Assembly (NCBI RefSeq): GCF_009914755.1
Contig: NC_060947.1
DNA: 64,000 nt
From: the human T2T-CHM13v2.0 reference genome, Homo sapiens
Strand: one strand, 5' to 3'
Shown: positions 18,273 through 37,688 of the stretch, one piece after another
Numbering within the stretch: position 1 is the stretch's first letter
Layout: each line of letters starts with the position of its first letter
Notes under the pieces: generated by a model
What the model was told of the DNA's origin: nothing
Seen by the model: only the letters and a program-made list of their open reading frames with translations
Database searches by the model: none
Translations under genes and position numbers: made by a program

Positions 18273-18527
18273 CAATAACAGCATATTAGACAAGAAGGGA
18301 AGAAGGGTTGGCCAAGCACAGTGCTAGCCTTTATCCTCTTGTAAGGTTAAGAGGGCTGGTAGAATGGGAGGAAATCAATATTGTGCAAGACTGTTAGATT
18401 TGGACAGTCATCCAAGCATACCCTAGCATCTGGACTGAAGGTACTCTATTCTCTTTTTTTTAGGGGCAGGGGCAGGGTCTTGCTCCATTGCCCAGGCTGG
18501 AGTTTTATTCTAGTCTCTAGTCTAGAG

Positions 18528-18800
18528 CAGTGGTTCTCAACCTTGGCTGCATATTAGAATCACTTGGCGAGTTTTAAAAAAAATCCAGATACCCAAGCTG
18601 AACCAGACCATCTGAATCAGAATCACTGGAAGCAAGACCTAGATATCATTATTTTTTTAAAAAACTCCCCAGATGATTCCACTGTGCAGCCAAGGTTGAG
18701 AACAAATGCCCTGGGGCAGTGCTTCTCAAATTTTAATGTGTATTTGAATCTTGTTTTAACAAGATTCAGACACAATAGGTCTGGAATGAAGCCCAGAATT
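18528..18800. mobile_element. MER5-family hAT fossils (one complete, one partial)
   Basis: TIRs CAGTGGTTCTCAACCTTGGCTGCA ... TGCAGCCAAGGTTGAGAAC. Confidence 0.8.
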
Positions 18801-18954
18801 TAGAGTGTTAAATGTAGTTTAGGATGGTGGTGCTGGTGGTAGAAGGGTGTTCTTTCCAACTCATCCAGCCAGATTTCCCAGAAATAACCTTGGACAGCTA
18901 AGTGTGGTGAAAGATTGATGGACTGCATGATTATACCAGGTCTGACACAGGATA

Positions 18955-19066
18955 TAGGGTGACAAACTGTCCTACTTTGCCTAGGACCCAGGGGTTTCCT
19001 GGGACACAGGGCTTTCTCTACTAAATCAGGAAAGTCCTGGGCAAACCAGGATGGTTGGTTACCCTA
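18955..19066. mobile_element. MER81-like hAT-Blackjack MITE
   Basis: About 110 bp with inverted ends TAGGGTGAC...GTTACCCTA. Confidence 0.7.
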
Positions 19067-19270
19067 TCCATCTCTGACCCTCAGTGAAGTTCTGATCACT
19101 GTTATAAAGCTTTTCCCACCAAACAGACACCATTGGTAAAGGGGGCAAATTGGACCTCAGAGGATGATTCTAGGAAAAGAGAAGGGAATCACTGGGTATA
19201 TAATTTTCCTTGAGGCCATCAATAGATGGGCAAGAGAAGGAAAACAGGCTTTACCTGGCTCACAGGCACC

Positions 19271-19680
19271 TGTCAAAGAACAAAATTTCAGCAAATTGAG
19301 TTTTTAAAGATGAATTGGCTTTTATCAGTGATTCATGAACTGGGCAGCATCAAGTCTACAAAATAGAAAAAAGCTCTAATGAGCTGAGAAGAGTGGGTGG
19401 GCTTTATAGGCAGAAAAGGTTGAAGAAAACAGAAACAAGGGACAGAGAGTTGGTTATTTCAGTTACTTTCCTTATAGGGAATCATGTTGGCTTAGTGGGT
19501 TTGGGCTATCATCTTTCTCCTGATTCTTTGGAAGGTCAGATCTTACACAAGTAAACAGCTTAGGTTTCAGTTTGGTGATGTGGAACCCTAGCATGAGTGA
19601 TTCCATTTTGAGTTGATATGTTGGAGCCTAGTGCAGGAGCTCAGTCCAAATCAATGGCTTCCCATAAATTTTATTTAACA
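19271..19680 (-). mobile_element. ERV1 solo LTR (MER31-like)
   Basis: TG...CA ends with TSD CACC; minus strand starts TGTTAAATAAAATTTATGGGAAGCCATTG. Confidence 0.7.
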
Positions 19681-19722
19681 CACCTATGCAAAATAGGGCA
19701 GACCTGGGGACAGAATAGTCTT

Positions 19723-20403
<681 letters not shown>

Positions 20404-20814
20404 TAACACGGAGAAATTGGAGGCTTCTTACTAATAAGGAAGATTCAAACTAGAGTGTACAGGAGAATTACCTGGAGAGCACGTGAAAAATGAAAACTTG
20501 ACCCCCCACCAAGAAATTATAATTTAAAAGGTTAAAGGGCTTTTTAAACTAGCATTCCAGGTGATTCCAGGCCACACTCTGAGAAACACTGAACTAAAGG
20601 GCATATCTGCTGGTGGTTTGGTCTGTTAAGAAAAGCTTTCCTGCTCAAGGCATGAGTTGACCCAGAGAGACTCAGCAGAACTGGTAGGTGATGGTAAAGT
20701 TTCACACAGCAGTTCCAGCAAATATTTAAGGAATGGATAATTCTAATGCTTTTAGAGTTCCAGAGCATAGACAAAGAAGGAAATAGAATTCTATTAAGCT
20801 ATAATACTGAAATA

Positions 20815-21395
<581 letters not shown>

Positions 21396-21525
21396 TACTG
21401 CTTTTGTAAAGGTCCATTATGAGCTGGGTATTAAATGATCTACCAAGCCACAAGCTTGGACATACGTAGCATTTTTTCATTAAAAAACTGAAGTGGAATA
21501 TATGAAACCAGGCAGAAGCATATTT

Positions 21526-23280
<1,755 letters not shown>

Positions 23281-23465
23281 GTGTATCCCAAGCATGTTTG
23301 GAAAGCAAGAGAAAACTACACTAGCAGGTGGCTCAGACTCCCATGGTATCTGCTCTTACCACTGTTGTGTCTCTCCTTCAGTCCATACTTCATGGCTTCC
23401 ATTTCCTATGACCTGTTATCAGAGGAGGAAAAGGCCTGGGTCTGCCTCCCTAATGGATCTGTATA

Positions 23466-26400
23466 TGTCTTAGTCCATTTTATGTTGCTTATAACAGAAT
23501 ACCTGAAACTGGGTAATTTATGAAAAAAGGGAATTTTTTTCTTACAGTTATGGGGCTGAGAAGTCCAAGGCCAAGGGGCCACATCTGGTGAAGACACTCC
23601 TGCTCCTGCTGGAGAGGACTCTCTGCAGGGTCCCAAGGCAGTGCAAGGCATCATATGCTGAAGGGGCCAAGCATGCTAGTGAAGGTCTCTCTTCCTCTTC
23701 TTATAAAGCCATCAGTTCCCCCCACCAAAAGAAAAAGAAAAAAAAAAAGCCAACAGTCCCACTCCTGTGATAATCCATTAATCCATTAATGGATTAATCC
23801 ATTTATGAGGGCAGAGCCCTCATGACCTAATCACCTCCTAAAGTCCCCACTTCTCAATACTGCCACATTGGAGATTAAGTTTCAACATGAGCTTTAGAGG
23901 GGATAGTCATTCAAATCATAGCATTTTATTCCTGGCCCCCAAAACTCATGTCTTTCTCACATATAAATAAATTTCTTCCATCCCCATGGCCCCAAAGTCT
24001 TAACTTATTCCATCGCCAACTCAAAAATACAAAGTCTAGAGGCTCATCTATGAGCCTGTGAAATCAAAACAAGCTGTCTACTTTCAAGACACATTGATGG
24101 TACAGACATAAAAGGGAGAATAGGCAAAAAGAAATAAGTAACGGGCCCCAAGCAACTCTGAAACCCAGCAGGGCAGACATTAAATCTTAAAGCTGGGGAA
24201 TAAACTCTTTTGATTCCACGTGTTACCTCCTGGACACAGTGGGGCCTCAGGCAACCCCACCCCTATTGCTTTGCTAGGTACAGCCCCTGTGGCTGCTCCA
24301 GGTTGAGGTCTGGTGCCTGAAGCATTCCCAGGTGGACATTTTATGCTGCCAGTGACTCCACAGTTCTGGGGTCATCATGGGAGTCCTAGTCCCATGGCTC
24401 TACCAGACATGACCCTAGTGGGGTCTCTCTGTGGTAGCCTCACTTCCACAGCTCCACTAGACATTGCTCTGATGAGGACTCTCTGTGGCAGCTCTGACCC
24501 CACACTTCTGCTCAGCATTGCTCTAGTGAGGGTTCTGTGCAGTGGCTCTGCCTCTGACAAGTCATTGCCTGGGCCCCCAGGCTTTCAGTGACATTCTTTC
24601 AAATCTGCATGGAGGCTGCCAAGGCTCCGCAGCTCTTGCTTTCTGAACGCCTGAAGAATTAGCACCATGTGGATGCTGCCAAGGCTTAAAACTTGTATCT
24701 TTTTGGGTAGTGGGTCGATCTGCACCTGGGGCTGCTTGAGCCATGGCTGGGGGGGCCAAGAAGCACTGTGCCAGAGTGTGGGGAGCAGAAGAGTCTTGAG
24801 GCAGCCCTGGGCGGCAAGCCCGTAGAGGGTGCCTCAGGCCCATCCCCTGAAGCCATTCTTCCTTCGCAGGCTTCTGGGCCTGTGATGGGAGGGGCAGCCT
24901 CAAAGTCCTCTGAAATGCCTCTGGGGGTCTTCCATTGTCTTGAGGAATAGCACCTGGCTCCCTTCTAGCTATGCTAATTTCTTTGGCAAACAGTCACTGG
25001 GCTACACTCTTGGTTTCCTCTGCTGAAAATACTCTTCCATTCTCTACTACATGGCGAGGCTGAGAGTTTTCCAAATCTTTTCAATTTGCTTTCCTTTTTA
25101 TTATAAATTCCATCTTTAAGTTATTTTTTCCCTCTTGTAGCTTAATGTAAGCAGTTAAAAGTAGCCATGCCGCCCATCGTCTGGAATGTGAGGAGCGCCT
25201 CTGCCCGGCCACCCAGTCTGGGATGTGAGGAGCACCTATGCCCCGCCACCCCGTCTGGGAAGTGAGGAGCACCTCTACCCGGCCGCCCCGTCTGGGAAGT
25301 GAGGAGCGCCTCTGCCCGGCCGCCACCCCAGAGCATCTCTGCCCGGCCGCCCATCGTCTGGGATGTGAGGAGCGCCTCTGCCCGGCCGCCCCATCTGGGA
25401 GGTGAGGAGTGCCTCTGCCCGGCCGCCCCGTCTGGGAGGTGAGGAGTGCCTCTGCCCGGCTGCCCCGTCTGGGATGTGAGGAGTGCCTATGCCCGGCCGC
25501 CCCGTCTGGGACGTGAGGAGAGCCTCTGCCCGGCCGCCACCCCGTCTGGGAGGTGAGGAGCGCCTCTGCCTGGCCGCCACCCAGTCTGGGAAGTGAGGAG
25601 TGCCTCTGCTCGGCTGCCACCCCGTCTTCTGGGATGTGAGGAGCGCCTCTGCCCGGCCACCCCGTCTGGGAAGCGAGGAGCGCCTCTGCCCGGCCGCCCC
25701 GTCTGGGAGGCAAGGAGCGCCTCTGCCCAGCCGCCCCGTCTGGGAGGCGAGGAGCGCCTCTTCCCGGCCGCCCCGTCTGGGAGGCGAGGAGCGCCTCTGC
25801 CCGGCCGCCCCGTCTGGGAGGTGAGGAGCGCCTCTTCCCGGCCGCCCCGTCTGGGAGGTGAGGAGCGCCTCTTCCCGGCCGCCCTGTCTGGGAGGTGAGG
25901 AGCGCCTCTGCCCGGCCGCCCCGTCTGGGAGGTGAGGAGCGCCTCTGCCCAGCCACCCTGTCTGGGAAGTGGGCGCCTCTCCCGGCCGCCCCGTCTGGGA
26001 GGTGAGGGGCGTCTCTGCCCGGCCGCCCCGTCTGGGAGGTGAGGAGCGCCTCTGCCCGGCGGCCCCGTCTGGGAGGTGGGGAGTGCCTCTGCCCGGCCGC
26101 CCATCATCTGGGATGTGAGGTGCGCCTCTGCCCGGCCGCCACCCCATCTGGGAGGTGAGGAGCGCCTCTGCCCGGCCGCCACCCCATCTGGGAAGTGAGG
26201 TGCGCCTCTGCCCGGCCGCCCTGTCTGGGAAGTGAGGAGCACCTATGCCCGGCTGCCCCGTCTGGGAAGTGAGGAGTGCCTCTGCCCGGCCGCCCCGTCT
26301 GGGAAGTGAGGAGCGCCTATGCCCGGCCGCCCCGTCTGGGAAGTGTACCCAACAGCTCCAAAGAGACAGCGACCATCGAGAACGGGCCATGATGACGATG

Positions 26401-27803
26401 GGGGTTTTGTCGAAAAGAAACGGGGGAAATGTGGGGAAAAGAAAGAGAGATCAGATTGTTACTGTGTCTGTGTAGAAAGAAGTTGACCTAGGAGACACCA
26501 TTTTGTTCTGTACTAAGAAAAATTCTTCTGCCTTGGGATGCTGTTAATCTATAACCTTACCCCCAACCCCGTGCTCTCTGAAACATGTGCTGTGTCAACT
26601 CAGGGTTAAATGGATTAAGGGCGGTGCAAGATGTGCTTTGTTAAACAGATGCTAGAAGGCAGCATGCTCGTTAAGAGTCATCAGCACTCCCTAATCTCAA
26701 GTACCCAGGAACACAAACACTGCTGAAGGCTGCAGGGACCTCTGCCTAGGAAAACCAGAGACCTTTGTTCACGTGTTTATCTGCTGACCTTCTCTCCACT
26801 ATTATCCTATGACCCTGCCACATCCCCCTCTCTGAGAAACACCCAAGAATGATCAATAAATACTAAAAAAATAAAAATAAAAATAAATAAATAAAAATAA
26901 AAAAAATAAAGTAGCCATGCAGCAGCCTAAATGCTTTGCTGCTTCAGTATTTCTTCTGCCAGATACCCTACATCATTACTCTCCAGCTCAGCCTTCCACA
27001 AAGCCCTTGGGGATAGACACAGTTCAGCCAACTTCTTTGTTCATTTATAACAAGAACAGCCTTTACTCCAGGTTTCAATACCTTGTTTTTCAGTTCCATC
27101 TGAAACCTCATCAGAATGGCTTTTACTGACCATATCTTTATCAATATTCTGGTCATGACCACTTAACCAATCCTAAGGAGTTCCCAACTTTCCCTAGTCT
27201 TCTTGTTTTCTAAGCCCTCACCAGAATTGCCCTTAATGCTCTGTTCACGGAAATACAGGCTTTTTCTAGCTTGCTCCTCCAAACTTTTCCAGCCTCTCCC
27301 CATTATCAGTTCCAAAGATGCTTCCCCATTTTTAGGTATTTGTTATTAGCAACAACTCCACTTTTGGTACCAATTTTCTTAGTCCCTTTTTTCTGTTGCT
27401 TATAACAGAACGCCTGAAACTAGGTAAGTTATTTTTAAAAGGAATTTATTTCTTACAGTTATGGAGGTGGAGAAGTTCAGGGTCAAGGGGCTGTATCTGG
27501 TAAGGGGCTGTATCTGGTGAGGGCCTTCTTGCTGGTGGGGACTCTCTGCAGAGTCCTGAGGCAATGCAGGGCATTACATGGTGAAGCAGCTGAGCATGCC
27601 AGCTCAGGTCTCTCCTCCTCTTTTTATAAAGCCATCAGTCCTACTCTCATAACTCATAAATCCACTAACCCATTAATTTATTAATCCAGGGCAGAGCCCT
27701 CCTGATCCAGTCACCTCCTAAAGGTCCCACCTCTCGATATTGCCACATTGGGAATTAGGTATCAAGATGAGTTTCAGAGGAGACAAACATTTAAACCATA
27801 GTA
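23466..27803 (-). mobile_element. Two-LTR MaLR (MST family) provirus; LTRs at 23466-23923 and about 27377-27803
   Basis: Two similar ~430-460 bp LTRs in direct orientation. The internal region starts AAAATTGGTACC and ends in a purine-rich tract on the minus strand. ORF 24562..24903 resembles the MaLR internal ORF. Degenerate 5-bp TSD GTATA/GCATG. Confidence 0.85.
25171..26907 (+). mobile_element. 5'-truncated SVA retrotransposon (older SVA_A/B-like): VNTR, SINE-R, poly(A)
   Basis: GC-rich ~37-40 bp VNTR at 25171-26343, HERV-K-derived SINE-R, AATAAA at 26855, A-rich tail, TSD AAAGTAGCCATGC at a TT/AAAA site. Confidence 0.95.
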
Positions 27804-28666
27804 GCATGCTATGCTGGCATCAGCCAGAAGTGGACGTCTATTATACCACAGCCATATTCTGAAGTGGCCCTGAAAATGGTGATGAAGGAAAATCCTCCCA
27901 GGAGGCAGAACTTCCAGTGATTCATTTGGTTGTTCATTTTGTTGGGACTGAGAACAGCCAGATGACTGGATCCACACTGCCTCATAAGCAATGGCTAATG
28001 GGTTATCCAATTGGTCAGGGACTTGGAAAGAGCAAGACTGGAAAACTGGTGGTAAGGAGGTATTGGGGCAGGTATATGGATGGACCTCTGGGACTAAGCC
28101 CAAAATATGAAAATATCCATGTCCATATAAATGCTGAGTAGAGGGCATCTACTGCAGAGGAGGCTGTCAATAATTAGGTGGACTAGAGAATCCATCCTTG
28201 GATGTCAGTCAGACTCTTCCCCCACTTATCCTGGTGTTTCCTCGATGATCTTATAAACTCAGTGTCAGAGCATCCACAATATAGGCTTCCCTTACAAAGC
28301 TCACTGCTAGATGTCTGACTGGCCAGCAGCAGAGGCCAGCTCTGAGTCTTTGATATGGCACCACTCCCAGAGGGGATCAGACACATGAAACAGACATGAA
28401 TGGAACTTGAAGTCTGGAGTCAGCCTGGTCCAGCTGCACCCAGCCTAAATCAGCTGAATCACAACCAACCCACACACTTGTGGCCAAGAAATAAAATGTT
28501 TGCTCTATTAAGCCACTGAGGTTATGGTTCTGTTTGTTATGCAGCAGGAACCTAATATACTCCTTTTATTAATCCTAATTGAATTATCCTAATTTGATTG
28601 TACCATCTGTTTTCTTTTGAGATCCTGACTAAATCACTGCCTATTTGCAGATGTCTTAAGGGTATA

Positions 28667-29112
28667 CAGTTGACCCTTGAACAATTCAGGCTTGAAATGA
28701 ACAACGCAGGTCTATTTATACACAGATTTTCTTGTCTCTGTCACCCTTGAGACAGCAAGACCAACCTCTCCTCTTCCTCCTCTCCTCACCCTACTCAATG
28801 TGAAGACAACAAAGACAGAGACTTTTATGATGATCCACTTCTACTTAATGAATAGTAAATATATTTCTCTTCCCTTTAATTTTTTAATATTTTCTTTTCT
28901 CTAGCTTACTTTATTGTAAGAATACCATATAATATATATAAAGATATATATATATATATCATACAAAATACGTGTTCATTGACTGTTTATGCTATTTGTG
29001 AGGCTTCAGGTCAACAGTAGGCTATGAGTAGCTGAGTTTTTCAGGAGTCATGGATTTTCTACTGTATAGGGGATTGATGTCCCTAACCTCCAAGTTGTTC
29101 AAGGGTCAACTG
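28667..29112. mobile_element. Tigger2a/MER28-type DNA transposon
   Basis: Perfect TIR CAGTTGACCCTTGAACAA ... TTGTTCAAGGGTCAACTG flanked by TA. Confidence 0.88.
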
Positions 29113-29114
29113 TA

Positions 29115-30022
29115 TGTAGATTTCCAGCTCAGACCTCTTCTCTCAGTCCCAGATCCAAATGTAGTCAGTGATCTGCTTGATATCACCTCTTGGATATCAC
29201 AAAAGCACCCAAAACTCAACACTCAATCTTCTGTCACAAACCTGGTCCTATTTCACTTGATAGTACCAACAATTGAAGAAACCTGTGAACTGTCCTTGAC
29301 TTCCACCTCCCTGTCACCCCTATATTTAAGCCATCACCAAGTCCTATTAATTTAACCTCCTAAATGTCTCTCATATTTGTTCTCTTCTTTTTTCCACCAC
29401 CACCAGCCCCACCTCAGCCCAAGCCACCAGTATCTCTCACTTAAAATATCCTCCCAATTGGCCCCTTTCCAGTTTGTTCGCCACACAGAGGTCAAAGATA
29501 TCTTTGTGAAAATTCAGTTTTGATTATGTCCCATCCCTCAGTTGAAGCTTCTCAATGGCTTCCCATTGCTTTTAGGATAAAGACCAGAATATTTAACATA
29601 GGCTTCAAGGTTCTAAGTGATATGGCCCCTGCTCCCCTGCTTCATCTCCCCATCTCTACTTTGGCCACATGGCCTCTTTCTGCCCTTCAAATTTGCTATG
29701 CTCCATCTTACCACTCACTGTTACCTCTCCCCTAAAGCTCTCTCCCCCTTCTTTGCTGTGTTAATGCCTGCTCCTGCTTCACATGTCAGCCTAAGCCTTA
29801 CCTCTTTGAGGTAACCCTTCCTGACCTCCCTAAATCTGCCTCATAGCATTATGTATTTTACATTTGTTTGTGTGATTGCTTTTAATATTGGTCACCCCCT
29901 ACTCCTATCCACTATAATGTAATCTTCAAGAGGGCAGAGGCATGTTTGGTTTTGATCATCGCTGTATTTGCAGTGCCCAGCCAAGAGTCTGGCACACTGT
30001 AGGCACTTGGCCCCTATTTGTT
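29115..30022 (+). mobile_element. L2 LINE fragment
   Basis: Diverged L2 motifs, ending CTGGCACACTGTAGGCACT...TATTTGTT. Confidence 0.65.
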
Positions 30023-31097
30023 AAACTAATAACTTGATAAATCAGGGGTTGGGCTAGAACATCTCTAGGGTTCATGTTAGCGCTAACTTTCAGGGCTTCC
30101 TTTTCAGATCCTTCTTGTAGATCAGAGGGGTGATGGGGAAAGCAGCCAACTGTGGTAAATTAACAGCTTCCACACAGTCAAAGCTGTTGGTTAGAACTCA
30201 AAGGAGCCCTTTTCCTACTTCAAAGATACTGCATGGCAGGCACCAGCATTGACCGGCCAGATAGTTTTCAAGGAATGCTTGATACAGGCCAGCAAACTAA
30301 GTGCCAGAAATCCTGGGACAGAGACTTTTGCCAAGAGATTCCCTGCTCTGGTGAGCTGAGCTGAGCTGAGAGATGGCTCTAAATGTCACTGATTAATCAT
30401 GAAGGGTGCTTCTCAGCCATTCCAACACTCTGCTTTTGCTCCTTTTCAGGTCTTCACCCTTCGGCCCCTTCTAGAAAAACCCCAAGTGACTGCTGTCTAG
30501 AAATATCCTCAGATAATTGGCTTGGCTGATGCCCAGATGTCCCTTGTCTTATATTAAGGTGTTGGGGAAGGAGGCAGGGACAAGTTACTCTTCTAGCTCT
30601 TGCATTGTATGATTCTGTTATTCTAAATTTTGAGAATTTTTTTCCCTTTTAAAGAGTGAATTAATTCTATTTTGACAGCATGACTTGGATCCCATCCAGG
30701 GAAAAGAGGTAGGAAGTTCCAGGGATGTGAGTCATCTATCCACCGGGGCTGGAGGCAGTTCTTCTGTTCTTATCCCATGACAAGGACAAACTCTCTGTCA
30801 AGGTCAGATCATGTTCTGAATCCATACTCACCAGGCAGCCTGCCATTTCCAATGGCAGCTTCTCCTGGGGCTCAGGAAGGAGGGCTTAGGTGAGGCACCT
30901 GGACAATTTGGTCCTTAGAAAAGGGTGTTCCTCTGACTGTGAGTTAAGAATCTAATATCCTGTGTGAGGTGGGAAAAAGAAGTGAGTGCATGGCTGGGTC
31001 CTGAGTTTGGGTGGTAGAAAAGGTCTGTTTATAAGATGGAATACTATACAGCAGTATTGACATGGATGCCCTAGAGCCACATTAGCAACATGGACTA

Positions 31098-33015
<1,918 letters not shown>

Positions 33016-33038
33016 CAAGCAAGATAGACTAATTTTTA

Positions 33039-33396
<358 letters not shown>

Positions 33397-33589
33397 GTGC
33401 TACCACTTATAAAATGTTAAAATATGCAAAAATATCAAATCATTTAGGATAAACATATATCCCTAATGATTTATAATAGGATATAATGTCTATAGATTTA
33501 TAATATACGTATATGTGATCTACATGTAATAAAATAATAAAAATACACATGGAAATGATAATACCAAACTTGTAGCTGTTTTGGGGTAG

Positions 33590-33952
<363 letters not shown>

Positions 33953-34029
33953 TGAAATGTTTTCTATCTTCAGCTGGATGTTTGTTACATTGTTCTGTAT
34001 ACTTTTTGTATATCTGAAGTATGGTTTTT

Positions 34030-34540
34030 AAAATAATTTCAACTTTTATTTTAGATTCAGGAGGTACATGTGCAGATTTGTTACATGGGTATATTGTGTG
34101 ACACTGAGGTTTGGGGTACTAATCATCCTGTCCCCCAGGCACTGAGCATAGTACACAATAGGTAGTTTTTCAGCCCTTGTCCCCCTTTTCCCCTCCCCCT
34201 TCTAGTAGTCCCCAGTGTCTATTGTTCCCATCTTTATGTCCTTATGTACCCAATGTTTAGCTATCACTTATAAGCAAGAACATGTGGTATCTGGTTTTCT
34301 GTTCCTGTGTTCATTTGCTTAGGATAATGGCCTCTAGCTCCATCCATGTTGCTGCAAAGGACATTATTTCATTATTTTTTATGGCTGTGTAGTATTCCAT
34401 TGTGTATATGTACTACATTTTCTTTATCCAGTCCACCATTGATGGGCATCTAGGTTGATTCTATACCTTTGCTATTGTGAATAGTGCTGCGATGAACATA
34501 CAGGTCCATGTATCTTTTTTTTATAGAATGATTTATTTTC
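34030..34540 (-). mobile_element. L1PB/L1PA-type 3' end
   Basis: TTTCAACTTTTATTTTAGATTCAGGAGGTACATGTGCAG 3' UTR signature. Confidence 0.85.
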
Positions 34541-36554
34541 ATGATTTTTTTTTAAGTGGAAAGAAAGGTTAAGTTTCAGTAGGCTTGAGTGAATGTTAAA
34601 GCATCAACTTGTGTATTCACTGGGACAGTCCCTCAATTATGACTGTACAAGTTGCTGATGTCCCATGAGCAAAATTACCTCTGTGTCCAGGGACTTTCCT
34701 CCTGATTGCAGCTGAAGCTATAAATATTCTCACCTCTACCCCTGCATCATTGCTGGGCCCACCCCTGCTCCTTTTCCCTTCGTCTTTCTGTCACTGCTGG
34801 GAAGCCCCTGCCTTTGCTCAGACTTCTGGATGCCTTCCAACTCATTTTCCTGTCCTGCACACTCCAATCCCCCATGGTGTAGGAATCCCCACTTCTGACA
34901 GTAGAGCACAGTAGGGAGGAGAGAAGGTGAGCTGAGTTTCTGTTCTCACAAGAAAACTTAGAGTGGATTTTCACCAGGAAATAACACTCTACCAAGTAAC
35001 TGGTTCTTGACCATCATTAATACTAGCGTCTCATTTCCTGTGGGTGGCGTGGGCTCTGGTGGTGTGCTTAGGAACCAGTCATTCATATAGAACTGAAGAA
35101 AATCTGTTCTGAATTCTAAGACAGATTTTCCAACAAACTTTTGGATCAATACCAAGTTTTAAGTTGTCAGTTCCCTATAAAGCCCTAGGGGTGCCTAGCT
35201 TAGCTAAAGGGAAAGAATTCAAGGTTTCTGTGGGTGAAGTAAGACAGGGAACTTCAGGGGAACTCCAGAAAGAATTTCCTGGGAAATAAAATTGCATCAC
35301 GGCTCACCTGCCTGAGCTGCTTAGAGTGTTCATGCTTCTACTAAAGAAGCCTTCTTCTCTCTGCAGCCCCACATTTTAAATACGAACAGTATAATAACAA
35401 ACTCCACCAAGAAGAGCTGATCATTCACCACACAATGTGATTTCTAATTGCTTGAATAATACCGTATGATGGAATAATTTCCTACCCAGTAAAAATGATT
35501 TCTTTTTTTTTCAGAGTGATAATATCCTGTTAAAATATAATGCCATTCTAGACAGTGACTACACAATGGAGTGGTTTTTTTTTTTTCCTATATATAACCT
35601 TTAAATGCTAAGCATTAGGATCAAGGCAGTAGCAAGTGATAAAACAAGTTCCCAGATGAAGAAAAGAATTCTTTGGGTCTATGTTGGAATCTAATTACCC
35701 AACATCCTTGGGTAAAATAGTGAGTTGACAAATTTATGATACATAGATGGTCTTTGCTCTGTTTCTTCAGAGAAACTCAGTTGCACAAGAATGGAAATGG
35801 ATTTTTCCATAAAGCTGGTGTGCAGTATAACATCTATATTTGGACAGGCACACACACACCATGTTGCTAATTTTAATGCGCCAATTAAATCCTCATTTTG
35901 TGCATCACTGAACCCATAAAAGCAGATTTTTTTTCTTTAGAAAATGAAATTGCAAGACATTTGTTGTCTAGTGACCTACTGTGCCAATAGGTATGTAGAG
36001 CATGAGGTGCTCTCTAGGAATACAGAGGAAAGTGAAGACGTGCTTTCCGTTCGTGAGGCATTTAGAACGCAGTCAATTACAAGTTCAGAGCAGAAAGCAG
36101 CCTCATATCAGAAAGATGAGAAAAGTGAGGCCTAGAGAGAAAGAATGACCTTCCAAAAGTCACACAGCCAAGGAGTGAAGTTGGTCAGATGAAAACCAGC
36201 TGTCCAGAAATGGAGCTCAAAGGCTAGCCTCTCAACAGCAGCCCTTCACAATACCCATGTGGAGGCAGGGACAATGCTGCGCTAGATTAAAATGTTTCTC
36301 TAGGTTGGGCCATGTTCCTGGCATATAGATTCTTCCATGGGGCTCATGGGAGGCTCCTTCGCTGGGCCCCTTTGATTGCAGCTCTGGTGATGCTCACCAT
36401 ACAGTGTTTCTCTAAAATCCACACCCCTTTTGGCTTCTGGTTCTTGGGCTGATGTGAGAGAGTGGGAGTAGAGGCTCGAATCCACACTTTCTTTAAGAAA
36501 TCCTCTTTGGAAACACTTAAAACTGTTGTAGCTTTTACAGACACCACCCCTATA

Positions 36555-37688
<1,134 letters not shown>

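Noticed and set aside
23771-23803. Palindrome ATCCATTAATGGAT with repeats
   Set aside because: As I recall, a normal feature of MST LTRs; a degenerate version is in the partner LTR.
24313-24950. Several overlapping ORFs
   Set aside because: They are decayed remnants, and antisense readings, of the MaLR internal ORF.
25171-26343. Array of ~37-40 bp repeats superficially like a CRISPR array
   Set aside because: The units are contiguous with no unique spacers, there are no cas genes, and it is the SVA VNTR in primate DNA.
25081-26390. Long ORFs of 251-371 aa with repetitive Arg/Gly/Pro-rich translation
   Set aside because: They are translations of the GC-rich SVA VNTR, open in several frames because the repeat lacks stops.
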